Below, piece after piece: positions 45,332 to 56,699 of a stretch of DNA of 64,000 nucleotides. The position numbers and the translations under genes were made by a program. Every line of letters starts with the position of its first letter. Position 1 is the stretch's first letter. Where the stretch lies: positions 1,876 to 65,875 of the forward strand of contig CANRKB010000010.1 of NCBI GenBank assembly GCA_947631115.1. Reading direction: 5' to 3'. The DNA comes from an uncultured Clostridia bacterium. GTDB lineage: Bacteria > Bacillota > Clostridia > Oscillospirales > Ruminococcaceae. The notes below the pieces were generated by a model that was not told the DNA's origin, searched no databases, and saw nothing but the letters and a program-made list of their open reading frames with translations.

Positions 45332-47180
45332 GCCAGATAAGCAAAACCGAAACGTCCGCGGGATTTACTCCGGAAATTCTTCCCGCCTGACCGATATTAA
45401 GCGGTTTGTGCTTATTCAGCTTTTCCTGCGCTTCGAGCCTTAATCCTTTGATCGTTTTATAATCAACGTCTGCGGGAAGCAGTTTCTTTTCCAGCTTCCG
45501 CATTTTTTCTACCTGCTCCTGCTGAATTTTTATATATCCCGAATACTTTAGCTCCGTTTCAATTCTGTTTACAAGCGCAACTTTAAGTTTCGGTCTGTCC
45601 TTATCGATTTCCGCAAAGTCGTTATACGAAAGCTGAGGGCGCTTTAAAAGCTCATAAAGTTTAACTCCCGCAGTTATAGGAGAAGTTTCCTTTTCTTCGA
45701 GCAGCTTGTTTACTTCCTCCGTCGGGCGGATAGTTACGCTCTTTATCCTTTTAAGTTCTGCTTCGAGCGCTTCGCAGTCCTTTTTAAACCGTTCAAATCT
45801 TTCGTCCGATACAAGCCCCACTTCGTGACCTATAGGAAGCAGCCTTTCGGGAGCGTTGTCCTGCCTTAAAAGCAGACGGAATTCGCTCCTCGAAGTCATC
45901 ATTCTGTAAGGCTCGGAACAGCCCTTTGTCACAAGATCGTCAATCAGCGTTCCGATATAGCTCGATGCCCTGTCTAAAATAAGCGGTTCTCTGCCTTGAA
46001 TTTTGAGCGCGGCGTTTATTCCCGCGACAAGCCCCTGCGCCGCTGCCTCTTCATACCCGGAGGTACAGTTAAACTGCCCCGCGCCGTAAAGTCCGCTTAT
46101 GTTCTTGAATTCCAGCGTCGGCAGAAGCTCCAGCGGGTCGCAGCAGTCGTATTCGATTGCATACGCGGGGCGCATTATCTCAACATGTTCAAGCCCCTTT
46201 ATCGTCCTCAGAAACTTTATCTGAACGTCCTCGGGCAGCGAGCTTGACATTCCCTGTAAATAACACTCGTCAGTATCAAGCCCCATAGGCTCTACAAAAA
46301 GCTGGTGGCGCTCCTTGTCCTTAAATCTTACGATCTTGTCCTCAATGCTCGGACAGTATCTCGGACCTATCCCCTCGATTACTCCCGAATAAAGCGGCGA
46401 ACGGTCGAGATTTGCTAAAATCACCTTATGCGTTTCGGCGTTTGTGTAGGTTACATAACAGTCGGCCTTGTTCTCCATTTCCGCTTCATTATCGAACGAA
46501 AACGGCATAATTTCCTCATCGCCGCTTTGCTTTTCCATTACCGAAAAATCCACCGAACGGCGGTGAACTCTCGCAGGCGTGCCTGTCTTAAACCTCCTCA
46601 TCGAAACTCCGAGCTTTCTAAGACATTCCGTAAGTTCCGTTGACGGCAGGACATTATCAGGCCCCGCCGCATAGTTAAGCTCGCCTATGTGAATTTTACC
46701 GTTAAGATAAGTACCGGTAGTTATAATCGCGGCTTTGCAGGGATAAAACGCTCCGAGCTTTGTCCTTATGCCCGTTATTTTTCCGTCGGAAACTTCGACC
46801 GCCGTAACTTCTCCCTGTTTAATAAACAGGTTTTTTGTCTGTTCGAGCGCGCTTTTCATATACCCGTGGTATTTTACTCTGTCGCTCTGAACTCTAAGAC
46901 TATGAACGGCGGGGCCTTTTCCGCGGTTCAGTATCCGCGACTGTATAAAAGTAGCGTCCGCCGCTTTTCCCATTTCGCCGCCGAGCGAATCTATTTCGCA
47001 GACTATCTGCCCTTTCGCCGAGCCGCCTATACAGGGGTTGCAAGGCATATTCGCTATACAGTCGAGCGACAGCGTAAACACCGCCGTTTTCAGTCCCAGT
47101 CTCGCCGCGGCAAGCGCCGCTTCGCAGCCCGCATGCCCCGCGCCTATAACGCAAACGTCATATTCTTCAAGAGTGTACAT
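45309..47180 (-). CDS. mnmG: tRNA uridine 5-carboxymethylaminomethyl modification enzyme MnmG (GidA)
   Basis: 623 aa. FAD motif [12 protein letters not shown]. Confidence 0.95.
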   Translation of the reverse strand: MYTLEEYDVCVIGAGHAGCEAALAAARLGLKTAVFTLSLDCIANMPCNPCIGGSAKGQIVCEIDSLGGEMGKAADATFIQSRILNRGKGPAVHSLRVQSDRVKYHGYMKSALEQTKNLFIKQGEVTAVEVSDGKITGIRTKLGAFYPCKAAIITTGTYLNGKIHIGELNYAAGPDNVLPSTELTECLRKLGVSMRRFKTGTPARVHRRSVDFSVMEKQSGDEEIMPFSFDNEAEMENKADCYVTYTNAETHKVILANLDRSPLYSGVIEGIGPRYCPSIEDKIVRFKDKERHQLFVEPMGLDTDECYLQGMSSSLPEDVQIKFLRTIKGLEHVEIMRPAYAIEYDCCDPLELLPTLEFKNISGLYGAGQFNCTSGYEEAAAQGLVAGINAALKIQGREPLILDRASSYIGTLIDDLVTKGCSEPYRMMTSRSEFRLLLRQDNAPERLLPIGHEVGLVSDERFERFKKDCEALEAELKRIKSVTIRPTEEVNKLLEEKETSPITAGVKLYELLKRPQLSYNDFAEIDKDRPKLKVALVNRIETELKYSGYIKIQQEQVEKMRKLEKKLLPADVDYKTIKGLRLEAQEKLNKHKPLNIGQAGRISGVNPADVSVLLIWLAGKNNG

Positions 47181-47182
47181 TA

Positions 47183-47821
47183 TTATTCCTCGTTTAGTTT
47201 TATCGGTATTCTTATAACCGTTTTCAGCCTTTCTGCAGCAGTCTTTCTCGGATCTGAAAGGTAAATTTCATGGTGTCGGCGAATGTCCGTAATATCAAAA
47301 ACATACCCGTTCTGCCCCGCAAATTCTTTCATATCCGCAACTGTTTTCGGCTCGTCGTCATAGCTCCCTATGTGCATACGCTGAACGCAAAGTCCTTCTT
47401 CTACCGTCAGAAACCCGACCTTTGAAAAGTCCGTCTTTTTCTTTCGTTCAGCTTCATCTACCGCCCACTTAAATTCATCTTCAGTCACAAAATTGGGAAG
47501 CCTTATGCATGAAATAAACTCAAAATCTTCCTTTTTTGAATAGTCGATTTCTCCTTTATCTCCCTGTTTCCAGAAGCCTTCGAGCGGCGGCACTACATAG
47601 TCGAAATACCCGTCTATCTTATGGTCTCCCATTTTGCTCATCTTTATTGTAAAAGCAATCCCGTATAAAAGCCCTATAGACTGTTTATATTCGCCGTTTT
47701 CCGCATTAGGGTCGCCCTTTCCGCATACGGCGATATAGTTCATTTTCGGAACTTCTATAAGCGCGGGCTTGTTTTTAGGCATATAAAATTCTTTATATTC
47801 CTTTTTAAAATCAAAAGCCAT
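47183..47821 (-). CDS. GyrI-like small-molecule-binding domain protein
   Basis: 212 aa. Pattern PPLEGFW ... [11 protein letters not shown] is typical of this family as I remember it. Confidence 0.7.
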   Translation of the reverse strand: MAFDFKKEYKEFYMPKNKPALIEVPKMNYIAVCGKGDPNAENGEYKQSIGLLYGIAFTIKMSKMGDHKIDGYFDYVVPPLEGFWKQGDKGEIDYSKKEDFEFISCIRLPNFVTEDEFKWAVDEAERKKKTDFSKVGFLTVEEGLCVQRMHIGSYDDEPKTVADMKEFAGQNGYVFDITDIRRHHEIYLSDPRKTAAERLKTVIRIPIKLNEE

Positions 47822-47840
47822 AATAAACTCCTAATTAATG

Positions 47841-47995
47841 TAGACTGTAGAGAAAGTCCCAGATACCGCATTGAACGCTTCGCGTACAACGCTGAAGCGT
47901 GGCTGCGGCTAGGCTTTGTGCCTGCCGCATGTTACCGTGTTATCCGTCTCTGACGGATAACCATACGAAGTAGATGGGGCTTTATCTACAGTCTG
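47841..47995 (+). mobile_element. Family-1 MITE-like element, copy D (core only, modules X and Y)
   Basis: TAGACTGTAGAGAAAGTCCC...GGGGCTTTATCTACAGTCTG. Flanked by a perfect 6-bp direct repeat TTAATG (47835-47840 and 47996-48001). Confidence 0.8.
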
Positions 47996-47999
47996 TTAA

Positions 48000-48015
48000 T
48001 GTTCCATGTAGAACA
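48000..48015. promoter_or_regulatory. parS-like site 4
   Basis: TGTTCCATGTAGAACA (14/16 to the palindrome). Overlaps the right target duplication of copy D by 2 nt. Confidence 0.55.
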
Positions 48016-48058
48016 TTTACACTAATTTTCCCGAACGCTGCCGCTCGGGAAAATGTTT

Positions 48059-50692
48059 TTATTCATTCGGTTCTTCGCCGTTATCCTCTTCCGAATCTTC
48101 TTCATCATCGGGCGCAGGCTCGTCGGGTTCTACGACCTCCGCTGCGTCCTCCGCAAGCGAAGCCGCAACTTCTTCGTCCGTTGCCTTTTCGACTTCCTCG
48201 GTCTGCTCGTCCTCGTCATGAGCAGTGCGGGTGAATGTAACTAGCCTGTCGTTTTCTCCAAGTCTCATTACATGAACGCCCGAAGCCGTTCTTCCCATAA
48301 CTCTTAGGTCGTTTGCGCGAATTCTTATTATAACGCCGTCCGCGCTTATAAGAATAACGTCGTCGTCGGGACCCAATGTCTTTATGCCGATAACGTGTCC
48401 TTTTTCATCGTTTACGGGATAGTTTTTAAGTCCCAGACCGCCTCTGTTCTGCAGACGATAGCTCGTCACCGCGCATCTTCTTCCCATTCCTCTGTCTGTA
48501 ACCGTGAGGATCGTCGCGCTTTCGTCAAAGATCTTTGTCGCTCCGACGACATAGTCGTCCCCGCGGAAACGAATAGCTCTGACGCCTCGCGCAATTCTTC
48601 CCATTGAGCGGACGATTTTCTCGTCAAAGCGTATAGCCGCGCCGTTATGCGTAGCGACAATGACCGTACAGTCGCCCTCTGTCAAAAATCCCGCCGCAAT
48701 TTCGTCGTTTTCATTTAAGGCTATCGCTCTTAAACCGCCCTTTCTGATGTTCTTAAATTCCGAAAGGCGCGTTTTCTTTACAAGTCCGTTTTTAGTTATG
48801 CATATAAAGTATTTATTATCCGCAAAGTCCTTTGTCGTCATCATCGCCGCGACTTTCTCGTCTTCAGCCAGCTGAAGCAGATTTACAATGTTCATACCTC
48901 TTGACTGGCGGCTTCCCTCGGGTATCTGATAACATTTCAGCCTGAACATATTTCCCTTGTTTGTTATAAAAAGAATGTTCTCGTGCGTAGAAGAAATGAA
49001 CATACTGTCCACAAAATCGTCGTCGCGCTGTTTCATTCCCGAAACTCCGCGTCCGCCGCGCTTCTGGATATTGTAGACCTCAACGGGCTGGCGCTTTATA
49101 TAGCCCATGTTCGTAAATGTCACGACGTCGTCCTCTTCGGGTATAAGGTCTTCTATATCGACCTCTCCGCTTACAGGCTCAATAGCCGTACGGCGCTCGT
49201 CCGAATATTTCTTCTTTATTTCCGAAAGCTCTTCTCCGACGAGGTGGCGCATTTTCGATTCGTCCGAAAGCAGTTCTTCGAGGTTTTTGATTATCTCGCG
49301 CTTCTGTAAAAGCTCGTCCTCAACCTTGCTCTTTTCCATTCCCGTAAGCGAGCCTAAAGTCATTTTAACTATAGCGTCCGCCTGCGCCTCTGAAAGCGAA
49401 TAAGTATGCTCGCTGAATAATCCCGTTTGTGAAACGTCAATGCCCGTAAAGCGTTCAATAAGGCGCTCTTTGCCCTCCTGAACGGTCTTTGAGCTTCTGA
49501 GAATGGCAATAACTTCATCAATAAAGTCGATCGCTATCATCAGTCCCTCGAGAATATGCGCTCTTTCTCTTGCCTTTTCGAGATCGTATTTCGTTCTTCT
49601 TGTAACAACGTCTATCTGATGATTGAGATAATGCTCGAGCATTTCTTTAAGCGTAAGCGTTTTCGGCTCGCCGTTTACGAGAGCTATCATAATAACGCCT
49701 ACGGTATCCTGAAGTTGTGTATAAGAATACAGCTTATTAAGCACTACCTCTGCGTTTGCGTCGCGTTTAAGCTCAATAACTATCCTCATTCCGTCGCGGT
49801 CGGATTCGTCGCGCACAACGGAAATCCCGTCTATTCTCTTATCGCGGACAAGTTCGCCGATATTTGCGAGCATACGCGCCTTATTTACCATATACGGAAT
49901 TTCGCTTATAATAATGCGCGTATGAGAAGATTCTTCGACAATTTCCGCTTTGCCTCTTAAAATTATCTTTCCGCGCCCCGTATAATACGCGCTCCTTATG
50001 CCGCTGTAGCCCATAATAATGCCGCCTGTGGGGAAATCGGGACCTTTTATGCAGGTCATAAGTTCTTCTATAGAAATGTCGGGATTTTCTATCAGAAGCT
50101 GTATAGCGTCGACCACTTCCCCCAGATTATGAGGCGGGATATTTGTCGCCATACCTACGGCTATTCCGTTTGAGCCGTTGCAAAGAAGATTCGGAAAACG
50201 CGAGGGAAGAACTACGGGTTCAAGAAGCTTATCGTCATAGTTAGTCTTGAAATCAACGACATTTTTGTTTATATCCGACACCATCTCGTTTGAAATTTTC
50301 GACAAACGAGCCTCTGTATAACGGTAAGCCGCGGGCGGATCGCCGTCTACCGAGCCGAAGTTTCCGTGACCGTCAATAAGCGGATAGCGCATTGAAAACG
50401 TCTGCGCAAGCCTTACCAGCGCGTCGTATACGGAAGCGTCGCCGTGGGGATGATACTTACCCAGAACTTCTCCGACAGTATACGCGCACTTTCTGAAAGG
50501 CTTGTCCGAGGTGTTTCCCGCGTCGTTCATTGTGTATATTATCCTGCGGTGAACGGGTTTAAAGCCGTCTCTGACGTCGGGAAGCGCTCTCGCCGTTATG
50601 ACCGCCATAGAATATTCAATAAACGAATATTTCATTGTTTCTTCAAGATCTATATCATGAAGTTTTTCAAGACTAAAATCTACTTCTCCCAT
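48059..50692 (-). CDS. gyrA: DNA gyrase subunit A with acidic C-terminal tail
   Basis: 877 aa. Active-site region AAYRYTE, GyrA box, beta-pinwheel CTD, and a tail rich in D/E. Confidence 0.96.
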   Translation of the reverse strand: MGEVDFSLEKLHDIDLEETMKYSFIEYSMAVITARALPDVRDGFKPVHRRIIYTMNDAGNTSDKPFRKCAYTVGEVLGKYHPHGDASVYDALVRLAQTFSMRYPLIDGHGNFGSVDGDPPAAYRYTEARLSKISNEMVSDINKNVVDFKTNYDDKLLEPVVLPSRFPNLLCNGSNGIAVGMATNIPPHNLGEVVDAIQLLIENPDISIEELMTCIKGPDFPTGGIIMGYSGIRSAYYTGRGKIILRGKAEIVEESSHTRIIISEIPYMVNKARMLANIGELVRDKRIDGISVVRDESDRDGMRIVIELKRDANAEVVLNKLYSYTQLQDTVGVIMIALVNGEPKTLTLKEMLEHYLNHQIDVVTRRTKYDLEKARERAHILEGLMIAIDFIDEVIAILRSSKTVQEGKERLIERFTGIDVSQTGLFSEHTYSLSEAQADAIVKMTLGSLTGMEKSKVEDELLQKREIIKNLEELLSDESKMRHLVGEELSEIKKKYSDERRTAIEPVSGEVDIEDLIPEEDDVVTFTNMGYIKRQPVEVYNIQKRGGRGVSGMKQRDDDFVDSMFISSTHENILFITNKGNMFRLKCYQIPEGSRQSRGMNIVNLLQLAEDEKVAAMMTTKDFADNKYFICITKNGLVKKTRLSEFKNIRKGGLRAIALNENDEIAAGFLTEGDCTVIVATHNGAAIRFDEKIVRSMGRIARGVRAIRFRGDDYVVGATKIFDESATILTVTDRGMGRRCAVTSYRLQNRGGLGLKNYPVNDEKGHVIGIKTLGPDDDVILISADGVIIRIRANDLRVMGRTASGVHVMRLGENDRLVTFTRTAHDEDEQTEEVEKATDEEVAASLAEDAAEVVEPDEPAPDDEEDSEEDNGEEPNE

Positions 50693-50737
50693 TTATCCTC
50701 CCATTATACCGTTAAGAGTTTAACCTACTTTTATTAC

Positions 50738-51280
50738 TTATACAAACTCTTCTTTTGTCATCTCTGTCAAATAAGAACGCACCTTTTCCTGAACTTCTTC
50801 CGAAAGACAGCGCTTCGGAAAGCAATATATCTGCTGTCTGTTATAAACAATATAAAGCGAAATGTTGTCCTCCGAAAAATTAAGCAGGTCGTCCTTGAAT
50901 TTAAATACCGACTTTATCGGAGTAGGCTCTTTTAATTCTGCTTCGTCTTCTTCTGTATCCTTTTCTTCCGACTCTTTTTTCTCGGAAATTTCTTCTTTCG
51001 GCTTTATTATCGTTTCAATTTCAATTCTTTTTTTATAAATCGTACAGCAATATTCTTCGGGATTCATCTTACTGAGCGTTTTAATTATGCTCTTTCTCAC
51101 TCTCTTTTTAGCCGTCAGATGAAAAACAAGCCCGAACAGACATAATGCCACCGCTATATAAAGCACGACATTTGTCGGATTGAATACGATCGCCGCTATT
51201 CCCGCCGCCATAACCAAAGAATACGCAATTGTAAACAAAACGCCGCGCTTAGAAGAAAACTTCTTCTGAAACATCTTCAT
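50738..51280 (-). CDS. YcxB-like two-TM membrane protein (start uncertain)
   Basis: 180 aa from ATG 51280. The frame stays open 37 codons further upstream behind a GAGGAG SD (51402-51397), with no ATG/GTG/TTG in between. Confidence 0.55.
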   Translation of the reverse strand: MKMFQKKFSSKRGVLFTIAYSLVMAAGIAAIVFNPTNVVLYIAVALCLFGLVFHLTAKKRVRKSIIKTLSKMNPEEYCCTIYKKRIEIETIIKPKEEISEKKESEEKDTEEDEAELKEPTPIKSVFKFKDDLLNFSEDNISLYIVYNRQQIYCFPKRCLSEEVQEKVRSYLTEMTKEEFV

Positions 51281-51401
51281 AGCCGCGTCTGTTTCTTCAA
51301 GAGAATTGTCATAAGTAAAACTTACTATCGGCAGATTATTTTTCTCATGTTCTTCCTTTTGCAGGTCGGGTAAAAGTCCGTTAATAGCAGATCACTCCTC
51401 T

Positions 51402-51439
51402 GTTGACAGTTGACGGTGTACAATATACAGTGTACAGTA
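51402..51439. repeat. Family-2 terminal-repeat remnant
   Basis: GTTGACAGTTGACGGTGTACAATATACAGTGTACAGT. Matches the right end of 7729-7942 in reverse. Confidence 0.55.
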
Positions 51440-51506
51440 ATTTTGTTTTGTACCGAAAACTTTATTAAAATGGTAAAGTATGCAAGTAATTCGGCACATT
51501 GATACC

Positions 51507-53495
51507 TTATATGTCCAGATCTTCCGCTAAACTTGCGTTCTGCTCGATAAATCTGCGGCGCGGCTCTACCTTGTCGCCCATAAGAATAGTCATAATCTCG
51601 TCAGCTTTTGCCGCGTCCTCAACGGAAACTCTGAGCATTGTCCTTGTTTCGGGGTTCATGGTTGTTTCCCAAAGTTGAGAGGGATCCATTTCGCCCAGAC
51701 CTTTATATCTCTGAACGTCTACTTTTCCCTTTTCTCCTCCGCCAAGCTCGGCGATATAATTATCTCTCTCATCATCGGAAAACGCATAGCGCACCTGTTT
51801 TCCCTTTGACACCTTAAACAGCGGCGGCTGTGCAATATAAACATGACCGTGTTCAAGCAGCGGGCGCATAAACCTGAAGAAAAACGTCAGCATAAGCGTT
51901 CTTATATGCAAACCGTCTACATCGGCATCCGCCATTATTATAACTCTGCCGTAGCGCAGCTTCGTTATATCAAAATCCTCGGCGATTCCCGTTCCGAGGG
52001 CTTTAACCACCGGCAGCAGCTTGTCGTTGTTATAAACCTTGTCCGCTCTCGCTTTTTCGACGTTCAGCATCTTTCCCCAGAGCGACAGTATAGCCTGAAA
52101 ACGCCTGTCTCTTCCCTCTTTTGCAGAGCCTCCCGCCGAATCTCCCTCGACAATGTATATTTCGGTGTGAGTAGGGTCGGAATCCGAACAATCGGCGAGT
52201 TTTCCCGGCAGACCGTTCGAGTCCATAATGGACTTTCTTTTTGCCTCCATTGCACGCTTTGCGGCGTCGCGCGCAGCCTGGGAGTTTATAGCCTTGTTCA
52301 TTATTATCTGCGCGGTTTCGGGATGTTCTTCAAAATAATAAGTAAGCTGCTCTGTTATTACTTTATAGACCGCGGGCTGAACTTCGGGATTTCCGAGTTT
52401 TCCTTTTGTCTGCCCCTCAAACTCGCATTCGTGGCACTTAACGGAAATAATCGCGTTAATTGCTTCTCTTATCGCTTCTCCGCTTATAGGAGTAAACGCC
52501 TTTTCTTCTTCTCCCTTTTTCGCGTTCTTTTTCTTTACTTTATTCTTCTCGGCGTTTTCCTTATATTGCTTTGTATAGTCGTTTATAACCTTATTCAGCG
52601 CGCGCTTAAAACCGAGCTCGTGCATACCGCCCTCGCCCGTATGGATATTGTTCGCAAAAGAACGGAAAACCTCGCTGTTGAAATCCGTCGTATACTGAAA
52701 AGCCGCTTCAATCTGAACATCATTCGCCGTTCCCTTTAAATAAATGATGTCGGGGTGGAGTACATCCGCGTCGCGCTTTTTATTGAGCCATTCAATATAG
52801 GAGCAAATTCCGCCCTCAAAGCAAAACTCATCGTTTTGTAAGTTATTTTCATCTCTCAGGTCATGCAGCTTTATCTTCAGTCCCGCGTTCAGAAACGCTT
52901 CTTCTCTCAGTCTTTCCTGAAGCGTATCATAACTGAAAACAACTGTATGGAAAATTTCAGCGTCGGGCTTGAATGTAACGGTCGTTCCCGTATGGTCGGT
53001 CTGTCCGATTATCTTTATTTCCTCGTCGTATTGACCTCTGTCAAAGTGCTGAAAATGAATATTCTCTCCGTCGTGAATTTCAACTTCCAGCCATTCCGAA
53101 AGCGCATTTACGACAGAAGCGCCGACTCCGTGAAGTCCGCCCGAAACCTTATAAACGTCGTTGTCGAATTTTCCTCCCGCATGAAGCACGGTAAAAACAA
53201 GCGTCGCGGCGGAAATACCCTCCGAATGGTTAATTCCCGTAGGAACGCCGCGTCCGTTGTCTATAACTCTTATCACATTGTCGGGAAGTATAGAAACGTC
53301 TATTTCCGTACAAAATCCCGCCAAAGCCTCGTCTATGGCGTTGTCGACAATTTCATACACGAGGTGATGAAGTCCGCTTTCACCTGTAGAACCTATATAC
53401 ATTCCCGGGCGTTTTCTTACAGGATCTAGACCCTTTAAGACCTTTATTTCGTCCGCGCCATAGTTTATTTCCGTCAAATTTTCGTTTTCAGCCAT
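51507..53495 (-). CDS. gyrB: DNA gyrase subunit B
   Basis: 662 aa. GHKL ATPase motifs, Toprim EGDSAGG, PLKGK-type motif. Confidence 0.96.
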   Translation of the reverse strand: MAENENLTEINYGADEIKVLKGLDPVRKRPGMYIGSTGESGLHHLVYEIVDNAIDEALAGFCTEIDVSILPDNVIRVIDNGRGVPTGINHSEGISAATLVFTVLHAGGKFDNDVYKVSGGLHGVGASVVNALSEWLEVEIHDGENIHFQHFDRGQYDEEIKIIGQTDHTGTTVTFKPDAEIFHTVVFSYDTLQERLREEAFLNAGLKIKLHDLRDENNLQNDEFCFEGGICSYIEWLNKKRDADVLHPDIIYLKGTANDVQIEAAFQYTTDFNSEVFRSFANNIHTGEGGMHELGFKRALNKVINDYTKQYKENAEKNKVKKKNAKKGEEEKAFTPISGEAIREAINAIISVKCHECEFEGQTKGKLGNPEVQPAVYKVITEQLTYYFEEHPETAQIIMNKAINSQAARDAAKRAMEAKRKSIMDSNGLPGKLADCSDSDPTHTEIYIVEGDSAGGSAKEGRDRRFQAILSLWGKMLNVEKARADKVYNNDKLLPVVKALGTGIAEDFDITKLRYGRVIIMADADVDGLHIRTLMLTFFFRFMRPLLEHGHVYIAQPPLFKVSKGKQVRYAFSDDERDNYIAELGGGEKGKVDVQRYKGLGEMDPSQLWETTMNPETRTMLRVSVEDAAKADEIMTILMGDKVEPRRRFIEQNASLAEDLDI

Positions 53496-53750
53496 TTAGC
53501 AACTTATCCTCCCCATATATACAAAACAAAACTCTCCGTAAATCATATATTATATATAGTATACCACAAAACCGTTCATTTTTCAAGACTTTTAGCATTT
53601 TTTAAGCCGTTTTTTATAAAAAAATTCCGCAAAATTTTCATGGCTACTGTCCTGAAAAATTTAAGCGGAATTATTTTAATTATTTCGATTTGTATAAAAT
53701 TTAAATTATCATACTATAAGTATAGCTCAATAATTTTATACACAACTCGT

Positions 53751-53990
53751 TTATTTTTTTAAAGTTCTTCTGTTTATCGTCAGATTTGAAACGTTTGAAA
53801 TATAGGTTTTATCATCGGTAATTATAAAACTCTTCGGCATATCATTAGAAATATATACTATTTGTTTATTTTTCTGGCAGTTATTCAGATAGTCAACAGT
53901 CGTCCTGCTGACCGAGCAGGCTTCTATATCAAAAATTCCTATAACGTCTTTTGATTTAACGGTAACTTCTCCCCCGAGATATAAAAACAT
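53751..53990 (-). CDS. remB: DUF370 / RemB-like small protein
   Basis: 79 aa. Sits between recF and gyrB exactly as yaaB/remB does in Bacillus. Has the GIFD motif region. Confidence 0.7.
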   Translation of the reverse strand: MFLYLGGEVTVKSKDVIGIFDIEACSVSRTTVDYLNNCQKNKQIVYISNDMPKSFIITDDKTYISNVSNLTINRRTLKK

Positions 53991-53998
53991 AACTTCTC

Positions 53999-55129
53999 CT
54001 AAAAACTATTTTCATAAAACTTTCCGTTTACAACGTTCCATATTTTACCATAATTCAATTTTGAAAGGTCATCTATATTACAGCAAGTAATAAAAATCTG
54101 ATTATTTTCAATATGTTTAATAATAAAGTCGCGTCTTATATTATCCAGCTCGCTCAAAACATCGTCTAAAATCACCACGGGATCGGTTTTATTCTTTCGG
54201 CGTATAATTTCTGCCTCGGAGAGTTTTAACGCAAGAGCGACGCTTCTGAGCTGTCCCTGAGAGGCAAAATCTCTGACGGGCATTCCGTTTATGAAAAAAT
54301 TTACGTCGTCGCGGTGAACTCCCGACAAAGTATAACCAAGTTTACTTTCTGCTTCTACATTTTTTGACAAAGTTTCCATATATTTACTATACAGCTTGTC
54401 TTTTTCTTTAAAATTTATACTATCAGTTTTAAAAACAGAACTCAAATATTCCATAGTGAGTTTCTCGGAATTGTCCGTAAGATCCGAATAAATATCCGAG
54501 GCGCACGTTTTCAGAAAATTAAAGTACTTCAGTCTGCCATATGTTACGTTAATTCCTTCCGCAGCAAGTATCTCATCCCAAGGCTGAAGATAATCAGAAA
54601 GTAATTTTCTGTCAAACGAGCCGTCCGAAAGGATATTGTTTCTCTGTTTAAGGGCTTTGTTATACCTCGACAGTTTTTCAAAATGGGTCTTTGTCTGCAT
54701 AAGCGCCACATCGTCGAGATAATCCCTTCTCAAATCGGGAGAACCTTTAATTAAATTTAAGTGTTCCGGTATAAAAACGACATATTTTAACACTCCGTAT
54801 AGTTGTGCGGCGTCTTTCATCTTTATATCGTTAAAAGTTATTCTGACAATATTTTTACAAATAGTATAATTTATTACATTTTCACGTTTTGTATTATCAT
54901 CACGAAAAAAAAGCCGAATATTGACCTCGGCTTTTGGATCATTTGTAGGAATAAACTGGGAAAAACGCGCTTTGCGAAAACTTCCTCCCAGACATACGGA
55001 GATAGCCTCGCAGAGATTTGTTTTTCCCTGAGCGTTGTTTCCGACAAAAATATTAAGTTTTTTGTCAAAAGACAACTCCGCTTCGCTTATGTTGCGAAAA
55101 TTTTTCAGATATATCTTTGTAAGATACAT
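53999..55129 (-). CDS. recF: DNA replication and repair protein RecF
   Basis: 376 aa. Walker A GNNAQGKTN, signature GQLRSVALALKLSE, Walker B VVILDDVLSELD. Confidence 0.93.
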   Translation of the reverse strand: MYLTKIYLKNFRNISEAELSFDKKLNIFVGNNAQGKTNLCEAISVCLGGSFRKARFSQFIPTNDPKAEVNIRLFFRDDNTKRENVINYTICKNIVRITFNDIKMKDAAQLYGVLKYVVFIPEHLNLIKGSPDLRRDYLDDVALMQTKTHFEKLSRYNKALKQRNNILSDGSFDRKLLSDYLQPWDEILAAEGINVTYGRLKYFNFLKTCASDIYSDLTDNSEKLTMEYLSSVFKTDSINFKEKDKLYSKYMETLSKNVEAESKLGYTLSGVHRDDVNFFINGMPVRDFASQGQLRSVALALKLSEAEIIRRKNKTDPVVILDDVLSELDNIRRDFIIKHIENNQIFITCCNIDDLSKLNYGKIWNVVNGKFYENSF

Positions 55130-55389
55130 TATTCAGCTGATTCCTCATCTGACGTTCCGTCGTAAACTATCTTGTACTTTTTGTTCTTATACTCAATAAT
55201 ATCTCCCGGCTTTATCTTCTTGCCGCGTTTTGTACAACAAATGCCGTTTACGTTAAACTCGCCGAGATCTATAAGAATCTTGGCTTTTGCTCCTGTTTCG
55301 GTAAATCCCGCAAATTTTACAAGCTGATCGAGCTTTATAAAAGGCGTCGTTATTTTTAATTCTTCCATTTTATCCATCCTTTTCTTCAA
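55129..55389 (-). CDS. yaaA: S4-domain RNA-binding protein YaaA/RlbA
   Basis: 86 aa. Position between dnaN and recF. S4-like IKLDQLVKFAG... Confidence 0.8.
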   Translation of the reverse strand: MKKRMDKMEELKITTPFIKLDQLVKFAGFTETGAKAKILIDLGEFNVNGICCTKRGKKIKPGDIIEYKNKKYKIVYDGTSDEESAE

Positions 55390-55414
55390 ATTTATTTTAT
55401 TCTTATAATTATTT

Positions 55415-55595
55415 TAGACTATATAAAAGTCCTGATTCAGACTGTAGAGAAAGTCCCAGATACCGCATTGAACGCTACGCGTACAACGCTGAAGAAGTCC
55501 TGCGGCTAGGCTTTGTGCCTGCCGCTGGGAGCTTCCGCATTATCCGCCAAAGGCGGATAACGCTACGACGTAGATGGGGCTTTCTCTACAGTCTG
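55415..55595 (+). mobile_element. Family-1 MITE-like element, copy E (extension + modules X and Y)
   Basis: The core has a fully paired terminal stem (GGGGCTTTCTCTACAGTCTG). It ends 3 nt from the dnaN stop codon (55599-55601). No clean target duplication. Confidence 0.75.
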
Positions 55596-55598
55596 AAT

Positions 55599-56699
55599 TT
55601 ATCTTAACCTCATCGGTACCAGCAAGAACGTAAATGTTCTCTTTTCTTTAGGTACTATCAGAATATGAGAAGTAGAAGATCCCGTAAAGATTATCTTAGC
55701 TTCTTCCGTATCGCAGGCGCGAAAAGCGTCAAGCAAAAACTTTACGTTAAATCCTATCGTTATAGGCTCGCCGTTATATTTTATATTTATCTTGTCGTTT
55801 ATTTTTCCCAAAGCCGACGAGCAAGAAACAGCAAGACTGTCTTCCCCAAACTCGCACCTGAGCGGCATTCTGTTCTTTTCATTTATAACAAGAAGCGCTC
55901 TGTCGAGCATTTCAACTATCTGAGAACATTTAACTTCCGCAAAAACGCTTTCATCGCAGTTCATAAACTTTCTGTAATCAAGAAAATCTCCGTTTATAAG
56001 TCTGGAGATCATTATATATTTTCCGACTTCAAACGAAACTTGATTTTTTTCTATACTTACAGTAACTTTATCATCTTTATTGTCAGAAAGTATATGTGTA
56101 AGTTCTTCAAGCGTCTTGCTCGGAACTATAAATTCCATATCTTCATACTGAAGTTCTTCCTGTCTTAAAGCCACTCTGACCGTATCTGTCGCCGCAACGT
56201 TCAGAACGTTATCCTTTATTTCAAACTTACAGCCCATAAACGCGGGTTTTGTATCAACTGTAGCGCACGCATATTTCGTCTGATTTATCATGCTTTTAAG
56301 AACAGGCTGCGAAACCGTAAATCCGTTTCCCGAGCTTATTTCCGGAATAGTGGGATATTCGTCCGAGCGGGCGCAGCTTATGGCAAATTCAACGGACGCG
56401 CAGGAGATCTTTACTTCTTTGCCCTCTGTAATATCAAATGTTATCATTCCCTCCGGCATTTTTCTTGTAATATCGCAAAGAGTTCTTGCATTTATAACGG
56501 CGCTTCCGTTTTCCGAACCCGAAACTTCTACTTCCGTTCTTATTCCTATTTCAAGGTTATAACCCGTTATAACAAGAGTATTGCCCGAAAGTTCAAGAAG
56601 CAAACCCTCCAAGGCGGGAATAGTCGACTTAGAACTTGCGGCTTTAGCCGTTGTCTGAAATGCGTCGAGTATAACAGCATTTGAACATGAAAATTTCAT
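55599..56699 (-). CDS. dnaN: DNA polymerase III beta sliding clamp
   Basis: 366 aa. Three-domain clamp length. Position downstream of dnaA. Confidence 0.93.
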   Translation of the reverse strand: MKFSCSNAVILDAFQTTAKAASSKSTIPALEGLLLELSGNTLVITGYNLEIGIRTEVEVSGSENGSAVINARTLCDITRKMPEGMITFDITEGKEVKISCASVEFAISCARSDEYPTIPEISSGNGFTVSQPVLKSMINQTKYACATVDTKPAFMGCKFEIKDNVLNVAATDTVRVALRQEELQYEDMEFIVPSKTLEELTHILSDNKDDKVTVSIEKNQVSFEVGKYIMISRLINGDFLDYRKFMNCDESVFAEVKCSQIVEMLDRALLVINEKNRMPLRCEFGEDSLAVSCSSALGKINDKINIKYNGEPITIGFNVKFLLDAFRACDTEEAKIIFTGSSTSHILIVPKEKRTFTFLLVPMRLR

